Shown here: one piece after another, positions 12,295-22,563 of the stretch
Numbering within the stretch: the stretch's first letter is position 1
Layout: each line of letters begins with the position of its first letter
Origin: Guillardia theta CCMP2712
Taxonomy: Eukaryota > Protista > Cryptophyta
DNA length: 64,000 bases
Direction of reading: 5' to 3'
Assembly: GCF_000315625.1 (NCBI RefSeq)
Contig: NW_005434666.1
Coordinates: 605,877 to 669,876, forward strand
Translations under genes and position numbers: made by a program
The notes under the pieces: model-generated
What the model was told of the DNA's origin: nothing
Database searches by the model: none
The model's input: only the letters and a program-made list of their open reading frames with translations

Positions 12295-14552
12295 ATGATC
12301 ACTTTCTCTCCTCCTCTTCCTCGTCCTCACCCCGTTCTTACCTCGTCACCCTTGTCGAGCTGGCATGCAGCATGTTACAGTCGCAGGGCTACCTTCAGTC
12401 CTGTCGTGGGCCAGAGGCCATGGCGGCGTCTCACGCGCAGAGCTGAAGATGTGAGCTGCGAGCCAAGAGAGGAGAGAGCCGGTGAATATTCTGACTGCAT
12501 TGCTTCTGCAGAAGGAGTGGAACGATGAAGTCGAGATCGGTACCCGAACGATCGTCAAAGACATTCTCAGCATCGCCGTGCCAGCGCTGGCTCTCTGCCT
12601 GGCGGACCCGACGCTCACGCTCATAGACACGTGGTTCATAGGGAACAAACTGGCAGGAGAAGCGTCGACAGTTGGACTCGCGGCGCTGTCAGCCAACTGT
12701 GCTTTCTTCAACTTCCTGGCTTGCACTGTCAGTTTCTTCTGCACGGGTACCACTTCCATCGTAGCGAACTCGGATGGAACGGACGAGGCAGCAGGAAAGG
12801 CGTTGAAGAACGGCCTTTTCCTTTCTGCACTCGCTGGCACTGCACTGTACATCGTCATGCTCGCTTTCCAAGACAAGAGTAAGTTGAGAGACACCTCCTC
12901 CTCTCGCTCCTCAGATTGCTTCCTCTCAAGTTCTCTCGTTCGGCTTCGGCATGTCGGCGCAACTCGCAAGTTTCAAACCAGCCTGCGAGTACCTTGACAT
13001 TCGCTCGTTGGCGTTTCCGGTAGAACTTGGTTTTCAGCTCTCCGCGCGGTCCTGATGCTCCTGCAGGCGATTTTGGGTCAGAACGTCGTCATCGGGACTT
13101 GCCTGGGGATCAAAGACACTCGCACCCCGATGATCGGCATCGTCGTGTCCTCCTTGACCAACATCATCCTCGACGCCCTGCTGGTCTCCAGTTGGGGTAT
13201 GCACAGAGTTTGAAGCTCTCATCTCCTCCTGTGCGTCTGATGACATCTGACGTCTCCTGTTGCCTGAAGGTATTCGAGGTGTAGCGCTGGCCACCATGCT
13301 CGCATCGTATGCGGGTGAGCCTTGTGTGCTTGTGATGTAGACAGACAGACAGACAGAGAGTGAGAAATAGGAAGGGAGGGTTGGGCTCAGAGAGAAGAGG
13401 GAAGGGGGAGGGAGGAGGGAGAGAAGGATGAAGAATGAAAGACTGCAGGCGTTATTTCGATGATCGTATCTATCAACAAGAGGCTTCACTTCTGGAAGGA
13501 TTGGCGCGTCCCGAGCTCGCAAGAGCTCATCCCCTTCCTCCAGGTCCTCGGATGTCTCTCCTCCTTGTCTGCACCTCATGACCACCGCAGGTCTCTTCGG
13601 CTCTTTTCGTCGGGGCGTTTTGTGCGGGGCTGACGACCTCGTTGACCTCGAGGACCGCTGCGGTTCGTGTTCATCACTCGTACTCGAGAGGATCCTCATG
13701 ACAAGAGCAGGCAGCTGGGGAGCTGGTGGCGGCGGCAGCACATCAAGTTGCTCTTCAGACCTGGTGGATGTTGAGGTGGGTCCAGGTGGAGGTTTTGGCA
13801 AAGGCTCATGTGCGATGCCAGTTTCATCGCCAGCCCGCTCTCCCTAGCGTCTCAGAGCCTCCTGCCCAAGTACCGGATGTCCAAGAGGTGAGGAGTCGGC
13901 GCTCTGCTGGTAACAGGGGGAGGGATGGGGTTGACCCGTATGGATGCAGCCGGCGGAGTGTGCGCAAGTTCGTGGGGACGATGCTCCTGCTGACCGCGGG
14001 TGACGACGGAGGAGGAGGAGGAGGGAACGCGTGCCAAAGTGCTTGCAGGGCTGAATGGGATCACGACCGTGATTCAATGGGCAGTGCCGAACTATCTCTC
14101 TTCCTTCTTCACGGCAGATGCTGAAGTGGTGAGGTCAAGTTGTCTCGTCTCAAGTCGCGCTCAACCCCCTTCGTGCCAGATCTCGGCGATTCAGAAGATC
14201 ACAGTGTTTGCCTGCTTGTCTCAGGTCTCCCGTCCCCTTTCCCTTCTTTGCCGTCCTCACTGCCCCTCGCACTTCAGCTCGGAGTAAATTTCGGGCAAGT
14301 CATGGACGGCATCTTTATCGGCTCAAGGATGTTCCGCCATTATGTGCGGGTCATGTTGATCGCCAACCTCGCAAGCTGGCTGACCTTCTGGGTACGTCGA
14401 GCTGCCTTCCCCGTTGCTCTCAGCGCTCCCTGCCCACTAGTGATCCTTGATGTCAGAACTTTCCGGGACTCGTCGGAGCCTGGCAGGGACTTACAGTCTA
14501 CGCCATCCTCAAGTTTTCTGTCAACATCGTCAACATCCGTGCAGTCCTGTAA
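12295..14552 (+). CDS. MATE (DinF-like) efflux transporter with a Ser/Arg/Pro-rich N-terminal extension
   Basis: KDILSIAVPALALCLADPTLTLIDTWFIG...VGLAALS; exon GIKDTRTPMIGIVVSSLTNIILDALLV; QVMDGIFIG; last exon GLVGAWQGL...* at 14550-14552. Confidence 0.85.
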
Positions 14553-14695
14553 ATGCAGAAGCCTGTCGCTCTCTCGATCAATTTTTCCGTCTAGTCCGTA
14601 CAAGGCGATGAAACAATGACAGTACACTTTGTACATTTTAGGTTTGCGGCGAGCGGATAACAGTGAGATTCTTGTAGAGTCCAGGTTGTCAAGCT

Positions 14696-15196
14696 TTAAT
14701 CCAGCCCAAGAGAACCATCTGCAAGACTGTTCACACCCAACGCCTTGTCCCTCAACTCATTGGTCAAAGAAATCTGCACGAAAACGTGTAAGAGAGACTC
14801 CTGTCCCAAACGACAGCTCCACCTCGTTGCTTCGCATAGTCTGTTGTACTCCTGCCCTTCGAAACAACCATGTCGCGAACGCTGCGACAAGATTTCAGAT
14901 GCTCGCGATATCAAGACATGGACTAATTACTCTTGTCGCCCTCCTCCAGCTTCAACCTTCCATAGCTCGTCAACGTGACATAGTCGAAAGGATCCTCCTG
15001 ACGATTCTGAGTGAGGGAGTAAAGAAATGAAGGTCACGGATACCTTCAACGCCTTCTCATATGCATCCCTCGCCAACTCAAGCTCCTTTCTGCTATGATA
15101 CAACCTTCCTAGCTCGCACCAAGAACGCAAGTCTCGTGGATACTGCGACAGAGTGCGCTTCCTGTGGGAAATGAGATTCGGCTTGAAACTAGACAC
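14696..15196 (-). CDS. TPR-containing protein (boundaries uncertain)
   Basis: YPRDLRSWCELGRLYHSRKELELARDAYEKALK is a TPR motif; the next exon DYVTLTSYGRLKLEEGD is TPR-like. Confidence 0.55.
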
Positions 15197-15363
15197 GTCG
15201 AGTACAATCTTTGCTCTTGAGCAACACTTGCCACCTCATTCTTGGTGGAGATGTATTCCTTGTACCTTGCCTGACCACCCGTTCACCCGCCCCCTCAACA
15301 ACACGTCAAACACACACATCACCTCGTGGTAGTTGTGCGGAAACGCAGCAGGGGCAAACTTGC

Positions 15364-16357
15364 CTATTTTGTTATGAGAGAGTATTTTCCGCAAACGTCC
15401 TTTGGCTGCGGAAGATCAGCAAAATTACTGAGAGGAAGCGGTAAGACATCTAGTGTACCATATCTGCTCGCACACTGAATGGTAACATCCACCTTGTCTT
15501 CAACCCCGTCAACTATCGCAAACACCTGAGGGGTGAAACCAAATGATCTCATGGATGAAAGTGAGGGAGAGAATTACAATGCCGAAGACCACCAACTGGA
15601 ACAACACTGGTCAAGACAGAGCTCAACAGAAGCGCATCTGCATCACCGAGTTCTGCCTCCTCACGGCCACCAGCTCTCCGACTTGCAACTCACCAGGCTT
15701 GCTCCATCTCACATAGCTGTACATCTCTCCTGAGAGCGGAACTCCACATAGGCTTCGTATCTCAGAGTCCGTGAACATCAACTTCCTGGCCTCCTCTCCG
15801 CCTCTTTCAACGTCTTCGCCCTCCTTCCTAAGATCTTTCTGAGCCCCAGTGATCTCTGCTGCGATCTGCATTGCCTCAGCATTCTTGGCCTGCATGTCAA
15901 GCAACGTGGAGAGGTCCTTTGGGTCCTCTTGGTCCTTCAGTGTCAGCCACACTCCTGTCCATTGTGCCCCGCAGTCATTTGCAATGTGCAGCATGGAGTT
16001 CATCTTGTTGCGCATCCCCTCCACCAGTCTCTCTTTCTCTCGCAGCTCTTCCTCCAGCCTCTGCACTCTCATCTTGAGCTCTCCTTCTCTCTCTATCGAC
16101 TGAGCAATCAAAGCTTGCTCCACGGTGCTTCCAGCACCCTGCCCAGTGCTCCGTGTAGCAGCCGCACCGTGCGCAACGCTATCAACAAGTACTGTGTTGC
16201 CTCTACCAGTCCCTTCCCGAGGCCTCCGCGGCTGCCTCTCCCTTTTCTGCAAGGTCTCTTCCTCTTCCTTGGCATCCCTCTTCATGACCGACCAACTTGT
16301 GAGCCTGTTTGCGGCCACAGTGATCGGAGCCCGCCCTTGCTCGTCTCCTGCCTTCAT
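15364..16357 (-). CDS. Hypothetical coiled-coil protein; its 5' part is duplicated at 19849-20087
   Basis: ORFs 15623-16357 and 15364-15552 with a coiled coil (LKMRVQRLEEELREKERLVE). Confidence 0.5.
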
Positions 16358-16374
16358 CTCAGTCTGTCACAGAG
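16106..16374 (+). repeat. Direct repeat A, left copy (269 bp)
   Basis: aatcaaagcttgctccacgg...tctgtcacagag recurs at 19849-20087. Confidence 0.95.
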
Positions 16375-16459
16375 ATCCTTCCACATATTCCACATACATT
16401 GTATATATGGAGCCCTTTCTTTTACTTAAAGTTGAGTAAACTTTCTTAGTTAAGTAACC

Positions 16460-16540
16460 GTTATTTTATCTTATAAAAGGACTTTTTAAACAGTATTCTC
16501 TGTTTTTCAGTTATTTTATCTTATAAAAGGACTTTTTAAA
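16460..16540 (+). repeat. Two copies of a 31-bp AT-rich unit, 50 bp apart, just upstream of the CRN-like ORF
   Basis: gttattttatcttataaaaggactttttaaa at 16460 and 16510; each contains TATAAAA. Confidence 0.9.
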
Positions 16541-16551
16541 AGTAGTGCTGC

Positions 16552-18744
16552 ATGGGCAGGCTCCTGCCTGCTTCCTACGTGCCAGTACATGCCATGTGTA
16601 GCTTGCTTGTCATCTGCGCATGCTTCAACGGTGTGGCAAGCATGCAGTTCTCTGATAGGGGGAAGCTAGACGGAAACTTCTACGGGTCCGTCGGGTTTGC
16701 TCGATCTTTGACACCTCCGAAATGTTTGAGGGGAGGATTCCAAACGAGCTCTGCACAAAATTTGCTGGAGGCCCTTGAGAGGAGCATGCCAAATATCGGT
16801 AATGATCGAGAATGCCTCACGTTGCGCGGAGGAGCTGAGAGCTCGAGGGGGATACAGAAAGAGATCAAAAGGGTAGAGACAGAGATCAAAAGTGTAGATA
16901 AACAGATCCACGGGGTAGAGACAGAGATCAAGGGGGTAGAGACAGAGATCAAGCTGATAGGGGATGAGATCAAGAGTGTAGGTCTACAGGATCCGAGGAG
17001 ACATTCCGATCTTCGTAAAGAAAAGAAGCAGCTTCGTAAGAAAGAGGCCCAGCTTCGTAAAGAAAAGAAGCAGCTTCGTAATGAAAAGAAGCAGCTTCGT
17101 AAAGAAAAGAAGCAGCTTCGACAGCTTCTTCAATTGAAAGAGGAGTACCGTCCAAAAAGTCGTTTCTCGGGAGAAAGAATTGCTTGGACAGAGTCAGATG
17201 CTGGGCTTGATCGCATGGGCTTTTGCCATGACAACAAGTACTTCCGTCTAGATAGCAGGTACTTGAGCATAGTCGCAGATGCGGACAGCCAACACGAGCA
17301 ACTGCTCTATTGCCGAGAAGCCTTCTTGAAGCAGCATATTTTCCTGAGAGAGCGTGTGCTTGAACGAGGTGCCCTGGGGTGGATACAGGGCTCGCCAGGA
17401 ACAGGGAAGACGACGGCGACGTTATCCTTTTCGTTGATGCTAGACATGAACGATTGGAGTGTGACAATCATCAGGCTGAAAGCTGTACTAAACGCTCTTT
17501 GTGTTCAGGTTGTAGGTAGTATGCGACGAACGTGCGTGATCGACAAGGGAGCTGTCAAAGAAATAGTGGAGAAGTTGCTCAGAGAATGGTCCGACGGCAA
17601 GAGGCGTCTTGTTGTACTGGATGGGTTCTTAAGACACGAACAGGATCATTTGGGAGCCTTTATTGCATGCAATAAATGGCGGGACATGGACAGAAGCAAT
17701 CGACGGTTGGTGGTGGTGACCTCAATGGCTTCTAGAGGGAAAACCTACTACGAGGAGGATAGGGACATGAAACTGGAGGAGCACCTCGTCGTCTCTTGGA
17801 CAATGCATGAATACTTGGAGGCAGTGCAGTCAGATGAGTTCTACGAGAAAGTCGAAGGCGTGTTGGAGATGGATCTGGATTCGCTTTCTCCGAGGCTAAG
17901 AGAATGGGGTATCGAGATGACGCAGACAGCTAGCTCGAAAGAAGCACGGGTCAGGCAGAAGCATTACCTCGCTGGTGGTTCATGTCGGTACATGTTCGAA
18001 ATGACCGCAGATACGGTGCTTGAAGTGATTGATAGAGCGTTACTAAGTTCCCCAGATTTAGAGCTTATCTTTCGGGGTAGTATAGGCCCTTCTTCGATGC
18101 AGATAGTCAATCGCCTGATAGCAACTTTCAAGATTGACGGTGTTGTGAGCTGGTTGCCAGTGAGCATGTATGTTTCCTGGAGGCTTATGCTCCAGGTTGA
18201 AGAAGAGGAGTTGACGAGGATTTGCTCGAAATTTGGCACACGAAGTGCGGCAGTGAAGGGAACCTTATTCGAGTTGATGTTTTTCAAGGAGGTGCAACGG
18301 GGCTTGAGATTGACTTACCGCAGAAAACGTAGCAGACCAATTAAGGCTCGGCCTTGGGAAAGTCGTAGCATAGTGTTCTTTGATCCGCTGCAACTCAAGA
18401 TTTCTCTCCCTACCACTTCGGTGTGCTTCAGACCGATCAGCGAGCTTCAAGGAGGATACGATGCTGTGATTGTAGACAAGGATGCCAAAAGGGCAGTGTT
18501 TGTGCAGGTAACCGTGGCCGAGAAGCACAGTCTGAAGCTTTCTTTCTTCTTGGATACTCTCAGGGCCCTCGGGATTCCTGCAGGTCTTGTATGGAAGGTC
18601 GAGATCATCTTCCTCATTCCACGAGAGAGGATGCCGGTGTTCCGGATAAGTCCTGTCGAAGACTGCGGGGCGTTGGAGACATATGGATGGAAGAAAGGCG
18701 AGGAAAGGAAGCAGGCGAAGGTTGCGTGCCTAACTTTAAATTGA
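16552..18744 (+). CDS. Crinkler/RHS-type (CR) effector-like protein: signal-peptide-like leader, two LRGG motifs, heptad coiled coil, P-loop NTPase, C-terminal restriction-endonuclease-fold domain; intronless
   Basis: Hydrophobic MCSLLVICACFNGVAS; KCLRGG and TLRGG; Walker A GSPGTGKT; Walker B LVVLDG; AGGSCRYMF; GTLFELMFF; GGYDAV...VFVQVTVAEKHSLK (D...QxT nuclease-like motif). Confidence 0.8.
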   Translation: MGRLLPASYVPVHAMCSLLVICACFNGVASMQFSDRGKLDGNFYGSVGFARSLTPPKCLRGGFQTSSAQNLLEALERSMPNIGNDRECLTLRGGAESSRGIQKEIKRVETEIKSVDKQIHGVETEIKGVETEIKLIGDEIKSVGLQDPRRHSDLRKEKKQLRKKEAQLRKEKKQLRNEKKQLRKEKKQLRQLLQLKEEYRPKSRFSGERIAWTESDAGLDRMGFCHDNKYFRLDSRYLSIVADADSQHEQLLYCREAFLKQHIFLRERVLERGALGWIQGSPGTGKTTATLSFSLMLDMNDWSVTIIRLKAVLNALCVQVVGSMRRTCVIDKGAVKEIVEKLLREWSDGKRRLVVLDGFLRHEQDHLGAFIACNKWRDMDRSNRRLVVVTSMASRGKTYYEEDRDMKLEEHLVVSWTMHEYLEAVQSDEFYEKVEGVLEMDLDSLSPRLREWGIEMTQTASSKEARVRQKHYLAGGSCRYMFEMTADTVLEVIDRALLSSPDLELIFRGSIGPSSMQIVNRLIATFKIDGVVSWLPVSMYVSWRLMLQVEEEELTRICSKFGTRSAAVKGTLFELMFFKEVQRGLRLTYRRKRSRPIKARPWESRSIVFFDPLQLKISLPTTSVCFRPISELQGGYDAVIVDKDAKRAVFVQVTVAEKHSLKLSFFLDTLRALGIPAGLVWKVEIIFLIPRERMPVFRISPVEDCGALETYGWKKGEERKQAKVACLTLN
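16861..17119 (+). repeat. Two blocks of 21-bp coding repeats (EIKxVET about 6 times; LRKEKKQ about 5 times)
   Basis: gagatcaa-ggggtagagaca-like units at 16861-16983; cttcgtaaagaaaagaagcag-like units at 17011-17119. Confidence 0.9.
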
Positions 18745-19380
18745 GAATGAATCAAAGCAAAGCAAAGCTCCCATATTTCAATCATACAAACACAGTGATA
18801 CTAGTCGATACATGAGAATATTGAACAAGATCTTCTGACAGGTAGGATGAGCTGGTCAAAACTCAAATTATCCTTCTCTTTATATGACTAAACCAAAGGT
18901 TTTCTTGTCAATCCTTCTCAGCTTTCCTGTGCTGCTCCATGCAGCCTCATAAGAATGCAGGAGTGTTGGGGGAAGGTGATGATCAATCTTAGAAATGACT
19001 GCTAGCGAGGTGATCAATTTGATGGACAGAGAGCCTTGGCAAGTATATCTAGCGATTTGCGAGATCAGTGAATATTGAAAATAAGGAGTTTTGTTTTTTT
19101 TGTTTGCAATACGGAGCTCAGTTGTTCTTTCCCATTTGTTCTCTGTTTCCCTCGTTCTCCAATCCCCGTCCCCGGCATTCCCCCTTCTCTTCTCCTGGTC
19201 ATACACCGTTTCCCAACAATCTGTACTATGATCATTCTCTCGGTTAGCTGAATAACCTGTGTTTTGTTCTTACATCGCTGTAATCATTAGCTTCGTCATA
19301 TTCCTTCTGTGTTGGCTGTTTCCCGGCTCTGCCTTATGCTTACTTTGTCTCCTTCGGGCCAGTACAAGCAGTCGTTTGGT

Positions 19381-19449
19381 AGCTCTGCACAAACTTTGCT
19401 GGAGGCCCCTGAGAGGAGCAATCTTGGCAAAGAAAAGGAGCAGCTTCGT
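19381..19449 (+). pseudogene. Degenerate, internally deleted fragment of the CRN-like gene
   Basis: agctctgcacaaactttgctggaggcccctgagaggagca (matches about 16747-16787) fused to atcttggcaaagaaaaggagcagcttcgtaagaaagagg (matches about 17009-17048). Confidence 0.75.
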
Positions 19450-19564
19450 AAGAAAGAGGAGAATCAGGATGCAGTGTGGTGTATGGGGACCCTGGCTTTC
19501 ATCGTTTGCGTGCTTGCCTGTTTCGGCAGTCACTGAGTATCGCTCTCGCATGGGTCTTGTCCTC

Positions 19565-19808
19565 CTGCGCATGCTTCAACGGTGTGGCAAGCATGCAGTT
19601 CTCTGATAGGGGGAAGCTAGACGGAAACTTCTACGGGTCCGTCGGGTTTGCTCGATCTTTGACACCTCCGAAATGTTTGAGGGGAGGATTCCAAACGAGC
19701 TCTGCACAAAATTTGCTGGAGGCCCTTGAGAGGAGCATGCCAAATATCGGTAATGATCGAGAATGCCTCACGTTGCGCGGAGGAGCTGAGAGCTCGAGGG
19801 AATCGTAA
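19565..19808 (+). pseudogene. 236-bp duplicate of the CRN-like leader (16614-16849), stopping just after the second LRGG
   Basis: 19565-19800 appears identical by eye to 16614-16849; the frame ends ...TLRGGAESSRES*. Confidence 0.9.
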
Positions 19809-19848
19809 TGCATATGGGTGATAGAGCAGCCCGATCCAGATCTAAGAT

Positions 19849-20087
19849 AATCAAAGCTTGCTCCACGGTGCTTCAAGCACCCTGCCCAGTGCTCCGTGTA
19901 GCAGCCGCACCGTGCAACGCTATCAACAAGTACTGTGTAGGCCTCCGCGGCTGCCTCTCCCTTTTCTGCAAGGTCTCTTCCTCTTCCTTGGCATCCCTCT
20001 TCATGACCGACCAACTTGTGAGCCTGTTTGCGGCCACAGTGATCGGAGCCCGCCCTTGCTCGTCTCCTGCCTTCATCTGTCACAGAG
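19849..20087 (+). repeat. Direct repeat A', right copy (239 bp, degenerate)
   Basis: Same sequence as 16106-16374 with deletions of 2, 22 and 6 nt. Confidence 0.95.
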
Positions 20088-21433
20088 TCATGTCTTGAGA
20101 AAGTCAAATCACCGGCATACTATCTTTTTAAAAGTTAAGTCAAAAATCAGTACGAGGACAATCAGGAGAGAGAAAAGACAGAGCACAAACACCTATACGA
20201 ACACCTGCTGTCACCCAAACTTAACTGATACCTTCACTTAACTACGCGCTTGACCATTCACCCGCCCGGGCCGATGCCGGGTCGGAAGGCCCGGACTAGG
20301 TATCGGATGCCAACTGAGCTATGCAAAATTTCCATGTAAGTTACCACCTCCTCGCACAATGACAATATGGTAATTTAAAGGGCATGTAGTACCCTACCTA
20401 GTCCAGCGGTTACAGTTCATTTACCCACCAATACTTGCCTGTGAGCTCCATGGTCAAAAGTAGGGGTAATTCGAGCAACACATGGTGAACAGTCTCATTT
20501 GTAGGGTAGGGTACTGGTTCCCCTAAGAGCTCTGTTGCGAACTACCCCCACCACCAGAGCATATTTGTTGTTCCACCCACCCCTTAAATCAACATGAGTG
20601 TAGCCTGCAGCATACCAATATCACCACCCACCAGATTCAAAGAGTTTTTTTCGGGTTAAGAACACCCGTGTTGATACAACCCTACCCTCAAATAAATCAC
20701 TCCTTGAAGGAAGTACCCACCCTAATGTTCCATGACCACTCCTCTAACCCTACGATTCTCAGGACCAAAACATCCCTCGAATGACCCTACCATTGAAATC
20801 GAAATCCTTGACCTACCCCTACCCCCCTCATTTCAGTGCGGTGTTTCTGCACCCCAGGACTTCGGACACCACCCATCTGAATGACGAGGGTCCCCACCTC
20901 CTTCATGTGCAGACCCCAGAAAGTCCCCTAATCACCACACAATGAATACCCACCCTACCTCTTGTGCAGCGTAATTTTATAACCCCTACCCACAATCCCT
21001 GTAATTGCCTCAATTGAGGACCCCATCTTACTCACCCCTACCCTAGCCCTGCTTGTCACCAGGGTCCTGCTCCTCCTCTCCTACTACCACCAAACCTCCG
21101 CCTCCTCCTCCCCTCCTCCCTCCTCCCTCCTCCCTCCTCACCCATCTCCCTCCTCCTCACCCCTCCCCGCTTTACTCCTTCGAGTCTTCAGACGGTTTGA
21201 GAGCTCTATAGATCACCTATCTTGGTGGATCGCACCTCTCCTCGTATACTAGTTCCTCGATCGCTCTTACTGCTGTCAAAAGCTTTGTTTGTTCTCCTGC
21301 GTCGAGGAGGTAAAAACTTATCAGTATATATTGCGGAGGATTGGGCATCCGTCCCCTGCAGACTTCTGCCAAACTGTACACCAAGTCGAGTTTACTGGAC
21401 GCTTGTGCTGGTTCCCTTTAGCTCAGCAAGGAG

Positions 21434-22354
21434 ATGGTAAATCCTCCCGAAGTTTGTTTCTTGTTTGTTTTCGGCTTATACCTTTGCTTGATCCCGTGAT
21501 TATTCCTGATCGGCTGGTTCTGACTGTGTTGACAGACATCAAATGAAAATGTCTCCCCGTCGGTTCTAAATCGTCTCATAAAGGAAGTGCAAGAGTACAC
21601 GAAGAATCCAGTTTCCGACATTCGCCTGCAAGTCAATGAAGAGAACGTTACTGATATCAGAGCTGAGTTGATCGGGCCAGGTAATGTTCCTCTCTTCGGA
21701 GGGGGGGGAGGGGGGGAGGGGGGGGGGGAGGAGGAGGAGATTGGAGGATGAAAGAGTACTTGTGGGGTTGACTAGGATCCTTTCCCTTGATTGACGGTTT
21801 TGTAGAGGAGACACCTTATCACGGGGGGGTGTTTGAGATCAAGCTGCTTTTCGGTCCAGAGTTCCCTGCGGTACCACCAAAAGGGTTCTTCTTGACTCCG
21901 ATATTCCATCCGAACGTCTCTAAGTCTGGGGAGATTTGCGTGAATACCCTCAAGAAGGACTGGAAGTCAGATTGCAAACTAAGCCACATACTAATGGTGA
22001 AAGAAAGCATGCTTTTCCTGACTGATGCGAGTCGATTTATATGCTTATCAGGTCATCCGATGTCTGCTCATCGAACCGAACCCAGAGTCAGCACTCAACG
22101 AAGAGGCGGGAAGGATGTTCATGGAAGATTATGAGTCATACGCGCAGCGCGCCAAGTTGATCACAGGAGTGCATGCCATGAGGAATAGAGACGGTGTTGT
22201 GAAGCAGACTGTGCATGTTGAACCCAAGGAAAGTGAGGACTCAATAACGGACAATGATGTGAATAGCAAGGTTGCGAAAAGAAGCCAGGTAGTGAAGGAC
22301 AAGGCAATCGAGAAAAAGCGCATGGACAAGAAAAGGAGTTTGAAACGACTCTGA
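21434..22354 (+). CDS. UBE2S: Ubiquitin-conjugating enzyme E2 S (K11-chain E2 of APC/C)
   Basis: Spliced M|[18 protein letters not shown]...IGP|[10 protein letters not shown]...[21 protein letters not shown]...|[20 protein letters not shown], with the basic C-terminus KKRSLKRL. Confidence 0.93.
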
Positions 22355-22563
22355 GTCTGGAGCTTTGCAAGCAGGAAGTGTCATTTTCTTTGTCTGACCT
22401 GTTGGTTAAACACATTTTGTCTTCCTCTTATTGTAGAATATACCCTGTCAGCCTTTTTTCCTCTTATGAAATAAAGTTTTGGATGCAAATGAATATCAAA
22501 GCTTCCCTCCCTCAGAAGTTCTTCAAGATGCATATTGGAGGACATGCCACGACAGACAATGCC

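Noticed and set aside
18880-19206. Minus-strand 108-aa ORF downstream of the CRN-like gene as an antitoxin or partner gene
   Set aside because: No recognisable motif or reliable start, and it lies among degenerate fragments; it cannot be supported from sequence alone.
20385-21060. Interstitial telomere array
   Set aside because: The CCCTA words are dispersed and irregular, not tandem; kept only as a motif-cluster finding.
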